Assembly (NCBI GenBank): GCA_043738945.1
Contig: JAYUFB010000080.1
Span: 49,697-113,696, forward strand
Reading direction: 5' to 3'
Length of the DNA stretch: 64,000 nt
DNA from: Gammaproteobacteria bacterium
Lineage (GTDB): Bacteria > Pseudomonadota > Gammaproteobacteria > Steroidobacterales > Steroidobacteraceae
Both the position numbers and the translations under genes were made by a program. The notes under the pieces are model-generated. The model worked only from the letters and a program-made list of their open reading frames with translations. It did not search any database and was not told where the DNA came from. Every line of letters begins with the position of its first letter. Within the stretch, counting starts at the first letter, position 1. Positions 56,440 through 64,000 of the stretch are shown here, in pieces.

Positions 56440-57852
56440 ATGTCGACGGATACTGCGCCGATCGCTAATCGCAAGATTCTGAACTTTAGCGCGCTATTCT
56501 CAGCGTCCATCGGCGTGGTGGTCTCACAAGTCACCATCGCCTCCGTGTTACAAGGTGTGGGTCTCGGTGGCTGGGGCTTTATCATTGCCATGCTGCTGGC
56601 TTTCGCACTCGCGCTGACCAATGCCATGGCCTACACCGAAATGGCATTGATGATGCCCGAAGTCACCAGCCTCAGTAGTTACGCTGAGGCCGCCATTGGT
56701 AATTTTCCGGCGATTTTATTAGTGTTCGCAGGTTACGTAACGCCCGTCCTGTTCGGCGTGCCTGGTGAACTCATTTTAATGAATCAAGTCCTCTCGCAAG
56801 CCCTACCTTTTTCCATGCCCCTATATTTTTGGCCGAGCATCCTGATCGGTACTTTCGTGATTTTAAATATTTTGGGTACTGACGTGTTCGCCAAAGTGCA
56901 AACCGCCCTCAGCTGCACGGTGCTCGCGTTTCTCTTGATTACCGGGGTAGTTGCTTTGCTCGGTGGAATTTTTGGAGCGGGTGCCACGCCAGGCTTAAGT
57001 TCAGGGGGCACCGCCGCATTGTCCAAAGACACCATTACTTTCGGATTGGTTGCCCTGGCTTTCTGGGTATTTGTCGGCTCAGAGTTCGTGACTCCGTTAG
57101 TCGCCGAAGCGCGGAATCCGAATCGCGATCTGCCTCGCGCGATGCTGGGCGGTCTATTTTTAATTCTCATCGCCTATCTGTGTTTTGCCATCGGTAGCTC
57201 TTTTTTCGTGAGTCGTGGTGCGCTGTCGCAGTCGTCGGCACCGCATTTAGATTTTGCGATGGCCGTCTACGGACCCAAGGCGCGTATTTGGTTTTCATTG
57301 TTAGCCGTATTAGCCTCAGCTAGCCTTTTAAATACCGTGCTGGCGGCGGTGCCACGCATGCTTGCCGGCATGGCCAACAATGGCCAGGTGTTCCCGATTT
57401 TCAAATACACCCACCCACGCTATAAGACGCCGGTGATTGCTATATTGTTTGTAGGCGCATTGCCGCTGCTGGGCCTGGCCTGGTCGCGCGGGGATGCGAA
57501 TGCCATATTACCCTTAGTCATCGCCTCCTCCATCACCTGGCTACTCGCTTATATGCTGGCGCAAGTATCATTATTGGTCCTACGCTATCGACACCCCCGT
57601 TGGCATCGGCCCTTCCGCGTGCCCCTATTTCCGCTGCTCCCCCTCGCCGCTATCGGCGGTATGGCCTACGTATGCCTACACGCGGCACCCACTCCCGAAA
57701 TGCGACCGCAGATCGCTCAATACACCAGCGTGGTACTCGTACTATTTTCAACCGTTGGCGCCCTATGGGTAAAGTTCATTATGAGAAAAGGTTTGTTCCA
57801 ACCCATCACACCGGTTGAGGATATTGTGCATGGTAGCCACAACCATTCTTGA
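56440..57852 (+). CDS. APC-family amino acid/amine permease
   Basis: About 12 hydrophobic helices over 470 aa. It starts on the nucleotide after the aminotransferase stop. Confidence 0.85.
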   Translation: MSTDTAPIANRKILNFSALFSASIGVVVSQVTIASVLQGVGLGGWGFIIAMLLAFALALTNAMAYTEMALMMPEVTSLSSYAEAAIGNFPAILLVFAGYVTPVLFGVPGELILMNQVLSQALPFSMPLYFWPSILIGTFVILNILGTDVFAKVQTALSCTVLAFLLITGVVALLGGIFGAGATPGLSSGGTAALSKDTITFGLVALAFWVFVGSEFVTPLVAEARNPNRDLPRAMLGGLFLILIAYLCFAIGSSFFVSRGALSQSSAPHLDFAMAVYGPKARIWFSLLAVLASASLLNTVLAAVPRMLAGMANNGQVFPIFKYTHPRYKTPVIAILFVGALPLLGLAWSRGDANAILPLVIASSITWLLAYMLAQVSLLVLRYRHPRWHRPFRVPLFPLLPLAAIGGMAYVCLHAAPTPEMRPQIAQYTSVVLVLFSTVGALWVKFIMRKGLFQPITPVEDIVHGSHNHS

Positions 57853-59221
57853 TACGCTACTGGAGCAGGAACAGGCTCTATTCGCGACAAGGCACTCTCG
57901 CAGTCAACAATTATTTGCCGCTGGCCAGACAAATTATCTCTACGGCGCACCCTCTCATTGGATGCGTCGCTGGGCGGGGGGATTTCCGCTCTACGTCAAA
58001 AACGCCCAAGGCGCACACATAACCTGCGTTGATGAATTTAACTACATCGATTTCTGTTTAGGTGACTCTGGCAGCATGTGCGGACACGCCTCGCCCGCCA
58101 TCACCAGGGCCGTCGCCCAGCAACTCGCACAAGGCGCCACTTTTATGTTGCCTACCAAGGATGCAAACTGGGTGGGCGCTGAACTTGAGCGGCGTTTCGG
58201 CCTGCCTATTTGGGGTTTCACCACCTCTGCGAGCGACGCCAATCGCGCCGTCATTCGCATGGCTCGTATGATGACGGGTCGAGAGAAAGTCTTGGTGTTC
58301 AACGGCTGTTATCATGGCTCAGTCGAAGAAGCGCTAGTCGCTTTGCGAGGCGATCAAGTCGTGATGCGCACTGGCATTCATCCTAATGCGGTCGACCATG
58401 CGAGAATTTCTAAAGTCATTGAATTCAACGACGAAGCTGCCTTAGAAGCCGCGCTTGCGAGCGAAGATGTTGCCTGCGTACTCGCAGAACCCGTCATGAC
58501 CAATTTTGGACTCATTGAACCGCACGCTGGGTTCCTCGACAAATTGCGAGCGGTGACCAGGCGCACAGGCACGCTTCTCATCATCGATGAAACCCACACT
58601 TTCTCAAACGGTCCTGGGGGCTACACTGCTGCTCACGGACTCTCTCCAGATTTCTTAGTAATCGGAAAATCTGTAGGGGGAGGCATTCCTGTAGGTCTCT
58701 ATGGAATGAGCCGCGAGGTAGCTGAGCGTTTTTGGCAAATCATACCTAAGGTGAATCCCGCACAGGTTCGCCAGAGCTCCCATCTAGGATTTGGCGGAAC
58801 CCTTGCCGGCAGCGCTTTACAAATAGCTGCCGTCAAAGTCGTGATGGATGAAGTGCTAACCCACGCGGCTTTCACAAAAATGATAGATATGGCGATGCGG
58901 CTCGCGAGCGGTGCACGTCGTGCCATCAGCGACGCCAAGCTGCCGTGGTATGTGGCCCAAAGCGGCGCACGGGTGGAAATAATGTACGCCCCAAATCCAC
59001 CCGGCAATGCCACCGACGTCGCGCGCGACCGTAATGGTGTGCTTGAAGCCCTGGTCCATGTATTTTTCATGAACCGCGGAGTTCTCATCACACCTTTTCA
59101 CAGTATGATGCTGATGTGCCCAGCCACCGAAACTGCCGACATTGATCAAACACTCAACGTACTCAGGGAATTCGCTGCGCAACTTCGCGAGTCAAAAGCC
59201 TATACTTTGGCAAATCCTTAA
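57830..59221 (+). CDS. class-III aminotransferase, glutamate-1-semialdehyde aminomutase-like
   Basis: LIIDETHTF and the PLP-lysine context FLVIGKSVGGGIPVG. The start is ambiguous (57815 or 57830) and overlaps the permease 3' end. Confidence 0.85.
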   Translation: MVATTILDTLLEQEQALFATRHSRSQQLFAAGQTNYLYGAPSHWMRRWAGGFPLYVKNAQGAHITCVDEFNYIDFCLGDSGSMCGHASPAITRAVAQQLAQGATFMLPTKDANWVGAELERRFGLPIWGFTTSASDANRAVIRMARMMTGREKVLVFNGCYHGSVEEALVALRGDQVVMRTGIHPNAVDHARISKVIEFNDEAALEAALASEDVACVLAEPVMTNFGLIEPHAGFLDKLRAVTRRTGTLLIIDETHTFSNGPGGYTAAHGLSPDFLVIGKSVGGGIPVGLYGMSREVAERFWQIIPKVNPAQVRQSSHLGFGGTLAGSALQIAAVKVVMDEVLTHAAFTKMIDMAMRLASGARRAISDAKLPWYVAQSGARVEIMYAPNPPGNATDVARDRNGVLEALVHVFFMNRGVLITPFHSMMLMCPATETADIDQTLNVLREFAAQLRESKAYTLANP

Positions 59222-59261
59222 GTTATCGGAGCGTTAAATTTCTCATGAATACCAATTTTCT

Positions 59262-60035
59262 ATGAACGCCAGTGTACTTCCTATACGGTCACATACCGAA
59301 GAGCAGCGACAAGCGAAAGTGGATCTTGCTGCCTGTTATCGGTTAGCAAATCGCTTTGGATTGAATGAGGGTATCGATAATCACCTGACGATGTTGGTTC
59401 CCGGATATTCCGACCGTTTTTATCTCGCGCCATTTGGTCTGCATTGGTCCGAGGTCAAGGCCAGTCATTTTATGGAAGTCGATTTCGGGGGAAGAATACT
59501 CGCAGGTGCAGGTTCGATTGAGGATACGGCCCTGTATATTCACGCGCCCGTGCATAGACTTAGTCCGAACGCACACTGTGTGCTACACACTCATATGCCA
59601 TACGCCACTGCGCTTGGCATGTTGGAAAATCCCCGCTTGGAAATGGCCGTACAGAGTGCCCTCGGATTTTATGATGATATTTCATACGATGCTGATTACC
59701 AGGGACTGGCCTACGACGCTGGCGAAGGCGAGCGATTGGCACGATCGCTGGGCACAAAATCCATATTAATCATGCTCAACCACGGCGTGCTAGTGGTGGG
59801 TGAAAATGCCGCGCAAGCTTTCGAGCACCTATATTTTCTCGAACGAGCCTGTCAGGCACAAATATTGGCCCTCTCCACTGGACGCCCGTTACGAATTATT
59901 GCCGAGCCCATCGTGCGGGCCACCGCCGCCCAATTCCAATCAGGTTCTAAGGTTGAAGGTTTAGACCGCGCGGTACTGCATTTTGCCGCCTTGAAGCGCA
60001 TGTTAGATCGCAGCGAACCGGATTACGCCACCTGA
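59262..60035 (+). CDS. class II aldolase/adducin-family protein
   Basis: Metal-binding His pattern (IHAPVH, CVLHTHMPYATAL, LNHGVLVVG). Confidence 0.85.
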   Translation: MNASVLPIRSHTEEQRQAKVDLAACYRLANRFGLNEGIDNHLTMLVPGYSDRFYLAPFGLHWSEVKASHFMEVDFGGRILAGAGSIEDTALYIHAPVHRLSPNAHCVLHTHMPYATALGMLENPRLEMAVQSALGFYDDISYDADYQGLAYDAGEGERLARSLGTKSILIMLNHGVLVVGENAAQAFEHLYFLERACQAQILALSTGRPLRIIAEPIVRATAAQFQSGSKVEGLDRAVLHFAALKRMLDRSEPDYAT

Positions 60036-60178
60036 ATAGCCAGAGCACCCAGGGCGCCCAGGACGGGCGCACGTGGAACGCGGCTCAAGCCGCACGCAGC
60101 CCCTTTGTTCTGCTGCTCGCGGCCGTTTTATTCATTAATTATGTAGACCGCGGAGTACTACCGACCGCTGCGCAATTA

Positions 60179-61303
60179 ATGCAAGTGGATTTGCAGCTCA
60201 CTAAAACCCAACTCGGCGAGCTCATGTCGGCGTTTTTCTGGGTCTATGCCTTCGTGCAAATCCCCATCGGTTGGCTCGCTGAACGCTATGGAGCCGGACG
60301 AGTACTGGCGAGCGGACTCATCGTATGGGCATGCGCAACGCTTTTGCTAGGAATCAGCTCCGCATTTCCCGCGCTGATTGCTTTTCGGATGCTACTGGGA
60401 CTTGGCGAGAGTACTGGCTTCCCTTGCGTTTCGAAACTTCTCGCCACCGCAGTGCCGGTGACGAGTCTTGGATTGGCTAACGGCATTGTGGGTTGCGCCT
60501 ACACTCTGGGACCCGCGTTTGGCACTTATTTTGGCGGAATGCTCATGGCCCAATATGGATGGCGGTCCACGTTCCTAGCATTCGGTGCGCTGTCATTGCT
60601 ATGGTTGATACCCTGGTCACGAGTGAGCGTGCCTAAAACAGTGGCCGCGCAAAAAGATACCCCTATGCCGAGTTTGCAACGCATAGTGTCCGAACCGTCC
60701 CTATGGGGCACCGCGTTAGGTTTATTCTCCAGTAACTATGCGTTTTATTTTATGTTGTCCTGGCTGCCGTTCTATTTGGTAACCGCGCGCGGCTATTCTA
60801 CCGTTGAAATGGCGAAACTTGCCGGAAGCGCCTATGTCTTAACGGCGCTGAGTTCATTGTTCGCCGGTTGGGCAATTGATCGCTATATTAGACACGGTGG
60901 TTCCGCCAATTTCATTTACAAGGCCATCATGGCGGCAGCCCACGCTGGAGCGGTACTCTGCATGCTGGGATTAGCCTTCGGTCCACGCTCACTTGCACTT
61001 CCTTGTATTTATCTATTCCAAGCGCTCATCGGCGCAGCTTCTCCCGGTGTTTACGCGATTCCGCAAATATTAGGCGGCGCGGCGGCGGCCGGACGCTGGG
61101 TCGGCATACAAAACTCCATCGGCAATTTTGCCGGCATTATCGCGCCGTGGCTGACCGGATTCATGATCGACTACACCGGCCAGTTTACAGCAGCTTTTGT
61201 CGTTGCTGCCGCGGTCAGTTTACTCGGCCTTATCGGTTGGATATGGATGCTGCCAAAACTCGCGCCGCTCGATTGGAACGCACGTTCCACGGTAGCTGTA
61301 TAG
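60179..61303 (+). CDS. MFS transporter (anion:cation symporter-like); N-terminal helix lacks a canonical start codon
   Basis: FWVYAFVQIPIGWLAERYGAGRVL and GESTGFP motifs. The in-frame upstream sequence encodes a convincing TM1 (SPFVLLLAAVLFINYVDRGVL), but no ATG, GTG or TTG lies upstream of 60179. Confidence 0.75.
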   Translation: MQVDLQLTKTQLGELMSAFFWVYAFVQIPIGWLAERYGAGRVLASGLIVWACATLLLGISSAFPALIAFRMLLGLGESTGFPCVSKLLATAVPVTSLGLANGIVGCAYTLGPAFGTYFGGMLMAQYGWRSTFLAFGALSLLWLIPWSRVSVPKTVAAQKDTPMPSLQRIVSEPSLWGTALGLFSSNYAFYFMLSWLPFYLVTARGYSTVEMAKLAGSAYVLTALSSLFAGWAIDRYIRHGGSANFIYKAIMAAAHAGAVLCMLGLAFGPRSLALPCIYLFQALIGAASPGVYAIPQILGGAAAAGRWVGIQNSIGNFAGIIAPWLTGFMIDYTGQFTAAFVVAAAVSLLGLIGWIWMLPKLAPLDWNARSTVAV

Positions 61304-61323
61304 AAATCCGTGTAGAGGCTAGC

Positions 61324-62427
61324 GTGGCTAAGCAATCAAAAACAGCCGTTTTGGTGGGATCAAGTGTATGCGCTGCGGTGCTTACTCTGGACCGTGCCCA
61401 TACGCTCAATATCTATGCGTGGTCTGATTATTTTCCAAAATCACTGATCGACAAATTTCAAATCACCAGTGGGATTCACGTCAATCTTGCCCTTTTAGAC
61501 TCCCCCGGAATGGCCGAGGCCGTATTATCAACGGGACATTCAAACTACGACATCGTCACCATGAACGCATCCCCGGAACTTGGGCGAGAAATTCCAAAAG
61601 GATTTTGGAGAAAACTGGATAGAACCCGTATTCCCGACGCACGTAATGCGGATACCAAAATAATGGAGTTACTACAAGCGGTCGACCCGGGTAACCAATA
61701 TGCAATTCCCTGGATGTGGGGAACGATCCGTATGATGTATAACCGAGATAAACTAAAATCACTCGTGCCCAATGCGCCTCTCGATAGTCTCGACTTACTC
61801 TTCAAAAAAGAATGGTTGAGCAAAGTGTCCGAGTGCGGAATTAACCTGCTCGACGCCTGGGGAGAAGTTATGCCCATGGTGTCCCGCTATCTAGGCCAAC
61901 AGCAACTATCTACCGACCCTGTCGCATTAGCGGCTGTAGTCACCAAACTTAAGGAAATTCGGCCCTTCATTCGACGCATCGCGTTTTCGGGCTATTACGA
62001 ACAACTCGCCGACGGCGAGCTATGCTTAAGCATCGGCTACTCTGGAGATGCCATTATTGCACGTCGCATGGTCGAAGAAGGACATACTAACCTACACATC
62101 GGCTACGCTTACGCTAAAGAAATTGTCCCGTTTTTTATTGACAAACTGGTCATTCCCGCCGACTCACCGAACACAAGCAGCGCTGAATCTTTCATTAATT
62201 TCGTCATGCGACCGGAAATATCAGCCGAAGTGACGCGCTACATTGGCTTTGCCACTGGAAATGCCGCGGCGATGCCACTTCTGGAACCTTCGATAAGAGA
62301 AAACCCCGTGATCTACCCACCCACATCGGTGCGGGACCGAATGACACTTCAACCAAGATATACTCCTGAAGAGACCTTAGTTTTTCGCGAGTCTGGCAAC
62401 AGTTTAAAGCAAATATGCTGCCACTAA
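61324..62427 (+). CDS. PotD/PotF-like periplasmic polyamine-binding protein with no cognate ABC transporter genes nearby
   Basis: GTG 61324 gives a signal-like N-terminus (KTAVLVGSSVCAAVL), then LNIYAWSDYFP and YAIPWMWGT motifs. The longer track ORF from 61003 overlaps the MFS gene. Confidence 0.8.
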   Translation: MAKQSKTAVLVGSSVCAAVLTLDRAHTLNIYAWSDYFPKSLIDKFQITSGIHVNLALLDSPGMAEAVLSTGHSNYDIVTMNASPELGREIPKGFWRKLDRTRIPDARNADTKIMELLQAVDPGNQYAIPWMWGTIRMMYNRDKLKSLVPNAPLDSLDLLFKKEWLSKVSECGINLLDAWGEVMPMVSRYLGQQQLSTDPVALAAVVTKLKEIRPFIRRIAFSGYYEQLADGELCLSIGYSGDAIIARRMVEEGHTNLHIGYAYAKEIVPFFIDKLVIPADSPNTSSAESFINFVMRPEISAEVTRYIGFATGNAAAMPLLEPSIRENPVIYPPTSVRDRMTLQPRYTPEETLVFRESGNSLKQICCH

Positions 62428-62452
62428 GCGCTCTACAATAGCGGATACACAC

Positions 62453-63307
62453 ATGACCGAAAATAAATTTGCCGGCACCGATCAATACGTCGCCACCGAC
62501 GATTTGATGACGGCCGTTAATGCATCCATCACTTTATCTCGACCGCTATTAATTAAAGGCGAGCCAGGCACTGGGAAAACGCAACTAGCGCTGGAGCTAG
62601 CCCGCTCTCTTGATCGCCCACTACTTGAGTGGCATATCAAGTCCACCAGTAAGGCACAACAAGGGTTATACGAATACGATGCCGTATCTCGACTGCGTGA
62701 TTCGCAGTTAGGGGATGCTAAAGTTCAGGATATTCGCAACTACATACTCAAGGGTCGATTGTGGGAAGCTTTCGAATCCCCAGTAGCGCCCGTGTTGTTA
62801 ATCGACGAAATCGACAAGGCCGATATTGAATTTCCTAACGATCTATTGCGCGAGCTAGATCGTATGGAATTCTATGTGTACGAGACGCGCGAACTAGTGA
62901 AGGCATTGCATCGTCCCATCATGCTTATCACTAGCAATAACGAGAAAGAGCTTCCGGACGCCTTCTTAAGGCGCTGCTTTTTTCACTACATTAGATTCCC
63001 TGACGCCAGCACGATGACTAAAATTATTGATGTTCACTTTCCAAATCTCAAGAAGGATTTGCTAGCCGAAGCATTGACCGCCTTCTTTCGTCTACGCGAA
63101 ACGCCGGGGCTACGCAAAAAACCCTCCACCTCCGAATTGCTTGATTGGATTAAATTATTGGTCGCCGAAGACATCCCACCCGAAGCATTGCGCGCGGATG
63201 ATTCAAAAAAATCACTTCCACCGCTATTCGGTGCACTGCTCAAGAACGAGCAAGACACGCACTTAGTGGAACAACTGATATTTCTGCAACGCCGCACCGG
63301 CCGGTAG
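62453..63307 (+). CDS. MoxR-family AAA+ ATPase
   Basis: Walker A GEPGTGKT, Walker B LLIDEIDKA and a sensor region ITSNNEKELPDAFLRRC. Confidence 0.9.
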   Translation: MTENKFAGTDQYVATDDLMTAVNASITLSRPLLIKGEPGTGKTQLALELARSLDRPLLEWHIKSTSKAQQGLYEYDAVSRLRDSQLGDAKVQDIRNYILKGRLWEAFESPVAPVLLIDEIDKADIEFPNDLLRELDRMEFYVYETRELVKALHRPIMLITSNNEKELPDAFLRRCFFHYIRFPDASTMTKIIDVHFPNLKKDLLAEALTAFFRLRETPGLRKKPSTSELLDWIKLLVAEDIPPEALRADDSKKSLPPLFGALLKNEQDTHLVEQLIFLQRRTGR

Positions 63308-63334
63308 TGTTGCTCGCGGTAGTGTTAGAAAACT

Positions 63335-64000
63335 ATGTTGGTGCAATTTTTCTTTAACCTGCGAGCGGCGGGAATTCCGGTAAGCATAGGGGAGTTCCTA
63401 TCGTTACTCGAGGCACTGCATAAAGGAGTGGCTTTTTGCTCGGCTGGGGAATTCTATTTCCTCGGGCGTCTTTCGCTTGTTAAAGATGAGCGATACTTTG
63501 ATCGCTATGATCGGGTCTTTGCTGAGCATTTTGCAGGTGCCGAGCGCTTGTTCGAGAAAATGCTCGCCGATGTGCCCGAGGAATGGCTGAGATCCATGAG
63601 TGCACGAGTATTCAGTAAGCAAGAAAGAGAAAAGATTGCCGCTCTTGGGGGTTGGGACAAATTGCTGCAAACCTTGCGAGAGCGCCTCAAGGAGCAAAAC
63701 GAGCGGCATCAAGGCGGCAGTAAATGGATTGGTACGGGGGGTACTTCGCCTTTTGGTGCCAACGGCTATAACCCTGAAGGGATACGAATGGGACAAGAGG
63801 GGTCAAACCAACGCCGCGCGGTAAAAGTTTGGGACGCACGCGAGTACCGTAATCTTGACGACTCGGTCGAGCTTGGAACCCGAAATATCAAAATGGCCCT
63901 GCGCAAATTGCGCCGTTTCGCTCGTGTCGGAGCAGTGGACCAACTTGACCTAGACGGCACCATCAACGCCACCGCCCGCAACGCAGGCTGGCTTGACTTG
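63335..64000 (+). CDS. VWA-domain (CoxE-like) protein, N-terminal part; 3' end lies outside the window
   Basis: ATG 63335 opens a frame with no stop up to the window end, so it is absent from the ORF track. MLVQFFFNLRAAGIPVSIGEFLSLLEAL.. and ..HQGGSKWIGTGGTSPFG.. are typical of the partner proteins of MoxR ATPases. Confidence 0.75.
   Translation, partial: MLVQFFFNLRAAGIPVSIGEFLSLLEALHKGVAFCSAGEFYFLGRLSLVKDERYFDRYDRVFAEHFAGAERLFEKMLADVPEEWLRSMSARVFSKQEREKIAALGGWDKLLQTLRERLKEQNERHQGGSKWIGTGGTSPFGANGYNPEGIRMGQEGSNQRRAVKVWDAREYRNLDDSVELGTRNIKMALRKLRRFARVGAVDQLDLDGTINATARNAGWLDL

Noticed and set aside
61003-61323. The N-terminal 107 codons of track ORF 61003-62427 (the PotF-like gene).
   Set aside because: This part overlaps the MFS transporter 3' end in another frame and is Arg-rich nonsense. 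GTG 61324 yields a proper signal peptide, so the extension was discarded.
1-64000. A search for tRNA or rRNA genes, CRISPR arrays, IS elements, integrases, prophage genes, or known defence systems (restriction-modification, CBASS, retron, Abi-like).
   Set aside because: I saw no repeat-spacer periodicity, no tRNA-like T-arm or anticodon structures in intergenic regions, and no transposase, integrase, nuclease-helicase or reverse-transcriptase motifs. The only defence-like elements are the two VapBC pairs.

Overview
This is a 64-kb chromosomal segment from a Gram-negative, proteobacterial-type genome. GC is roughly mid-to-high 50s percent by eye, with a few sharply AT-rich patches. I support about 65 protein-coding genes or gene remnants. 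I recognised no rRNA, tRNA, CRISPR array, transposase, integrase or phage genes. From left to right the window contains: (1) an amide/amine hydrolase group: a GS-like ligase cut by the window edge, an FGase-family amidohydrolase, an isochorismatase-like hydrolase and a formamidase; (2) a cytochrome b plus molybdopterin oxidoreductase pair, and a PLP Cys/Met enzyme plus an MBL hydrolase; (3) an ECF sigma factor, a Ser/Thr kinase with TPR repeats and a secreted beta-propeller protein in one operon; (4) a FecI/FecR/TonB-receptor-type module whose receptor is frameshifted, preceded by an AT-rich two-gene patch; (5) a Phd-VapC toxin-antitoxin pair, a polysaccharide deacetylase, a GT4 glycosyltransferase and a decayed histidine kinase; (6) a sulfate assimilation block (cysB, sbp-cysTWA followed by a diheme cytochrome c, cysH, cysG) interrupted by a CpxRA-like two-component system with phased TTTAC boxes; (7) a cytoplasmic BNR/Asp-box propeller, a MoaD/ThiS-like GG protein and a MoeZ-type E1-rhodanese, tightly linked; (8) a Rieske oxygenase translationally coupled to soxBDAG-like genes, convergent with a P450, GS-like ligase and CDGSH Fe-S protein operon that has a divergent class-I amidotransferase-fold hydrolase and an HDAC-family amidohydrolase next to it; (9) a second VapBC pair; (10) a VanA-like Rieske oxygenase, TonB receptor and MarR regulator; (11) an amine/amino-acid catabolic row (ALDH, HAD, two class-III aminotransferases, APC permease, class II aldolase, MFS, PotF-like binding protein); (12) a MoxR ATPase plus VWA protein pair cut by the right edge. 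The most promising candidates for undescribed biology are the P450/GS-like/CDGSH/GATase1 module, read as gamma-glutamylation-dependent amine hydroxylation with a CDGSH protein where a ferredoxin is expected, and the BNR-propeller/Ubl/E1-rhodanese trio. The window also carries an unusually high load of decayed genes. All family calls come from motif recognition by eye. No searches were run.
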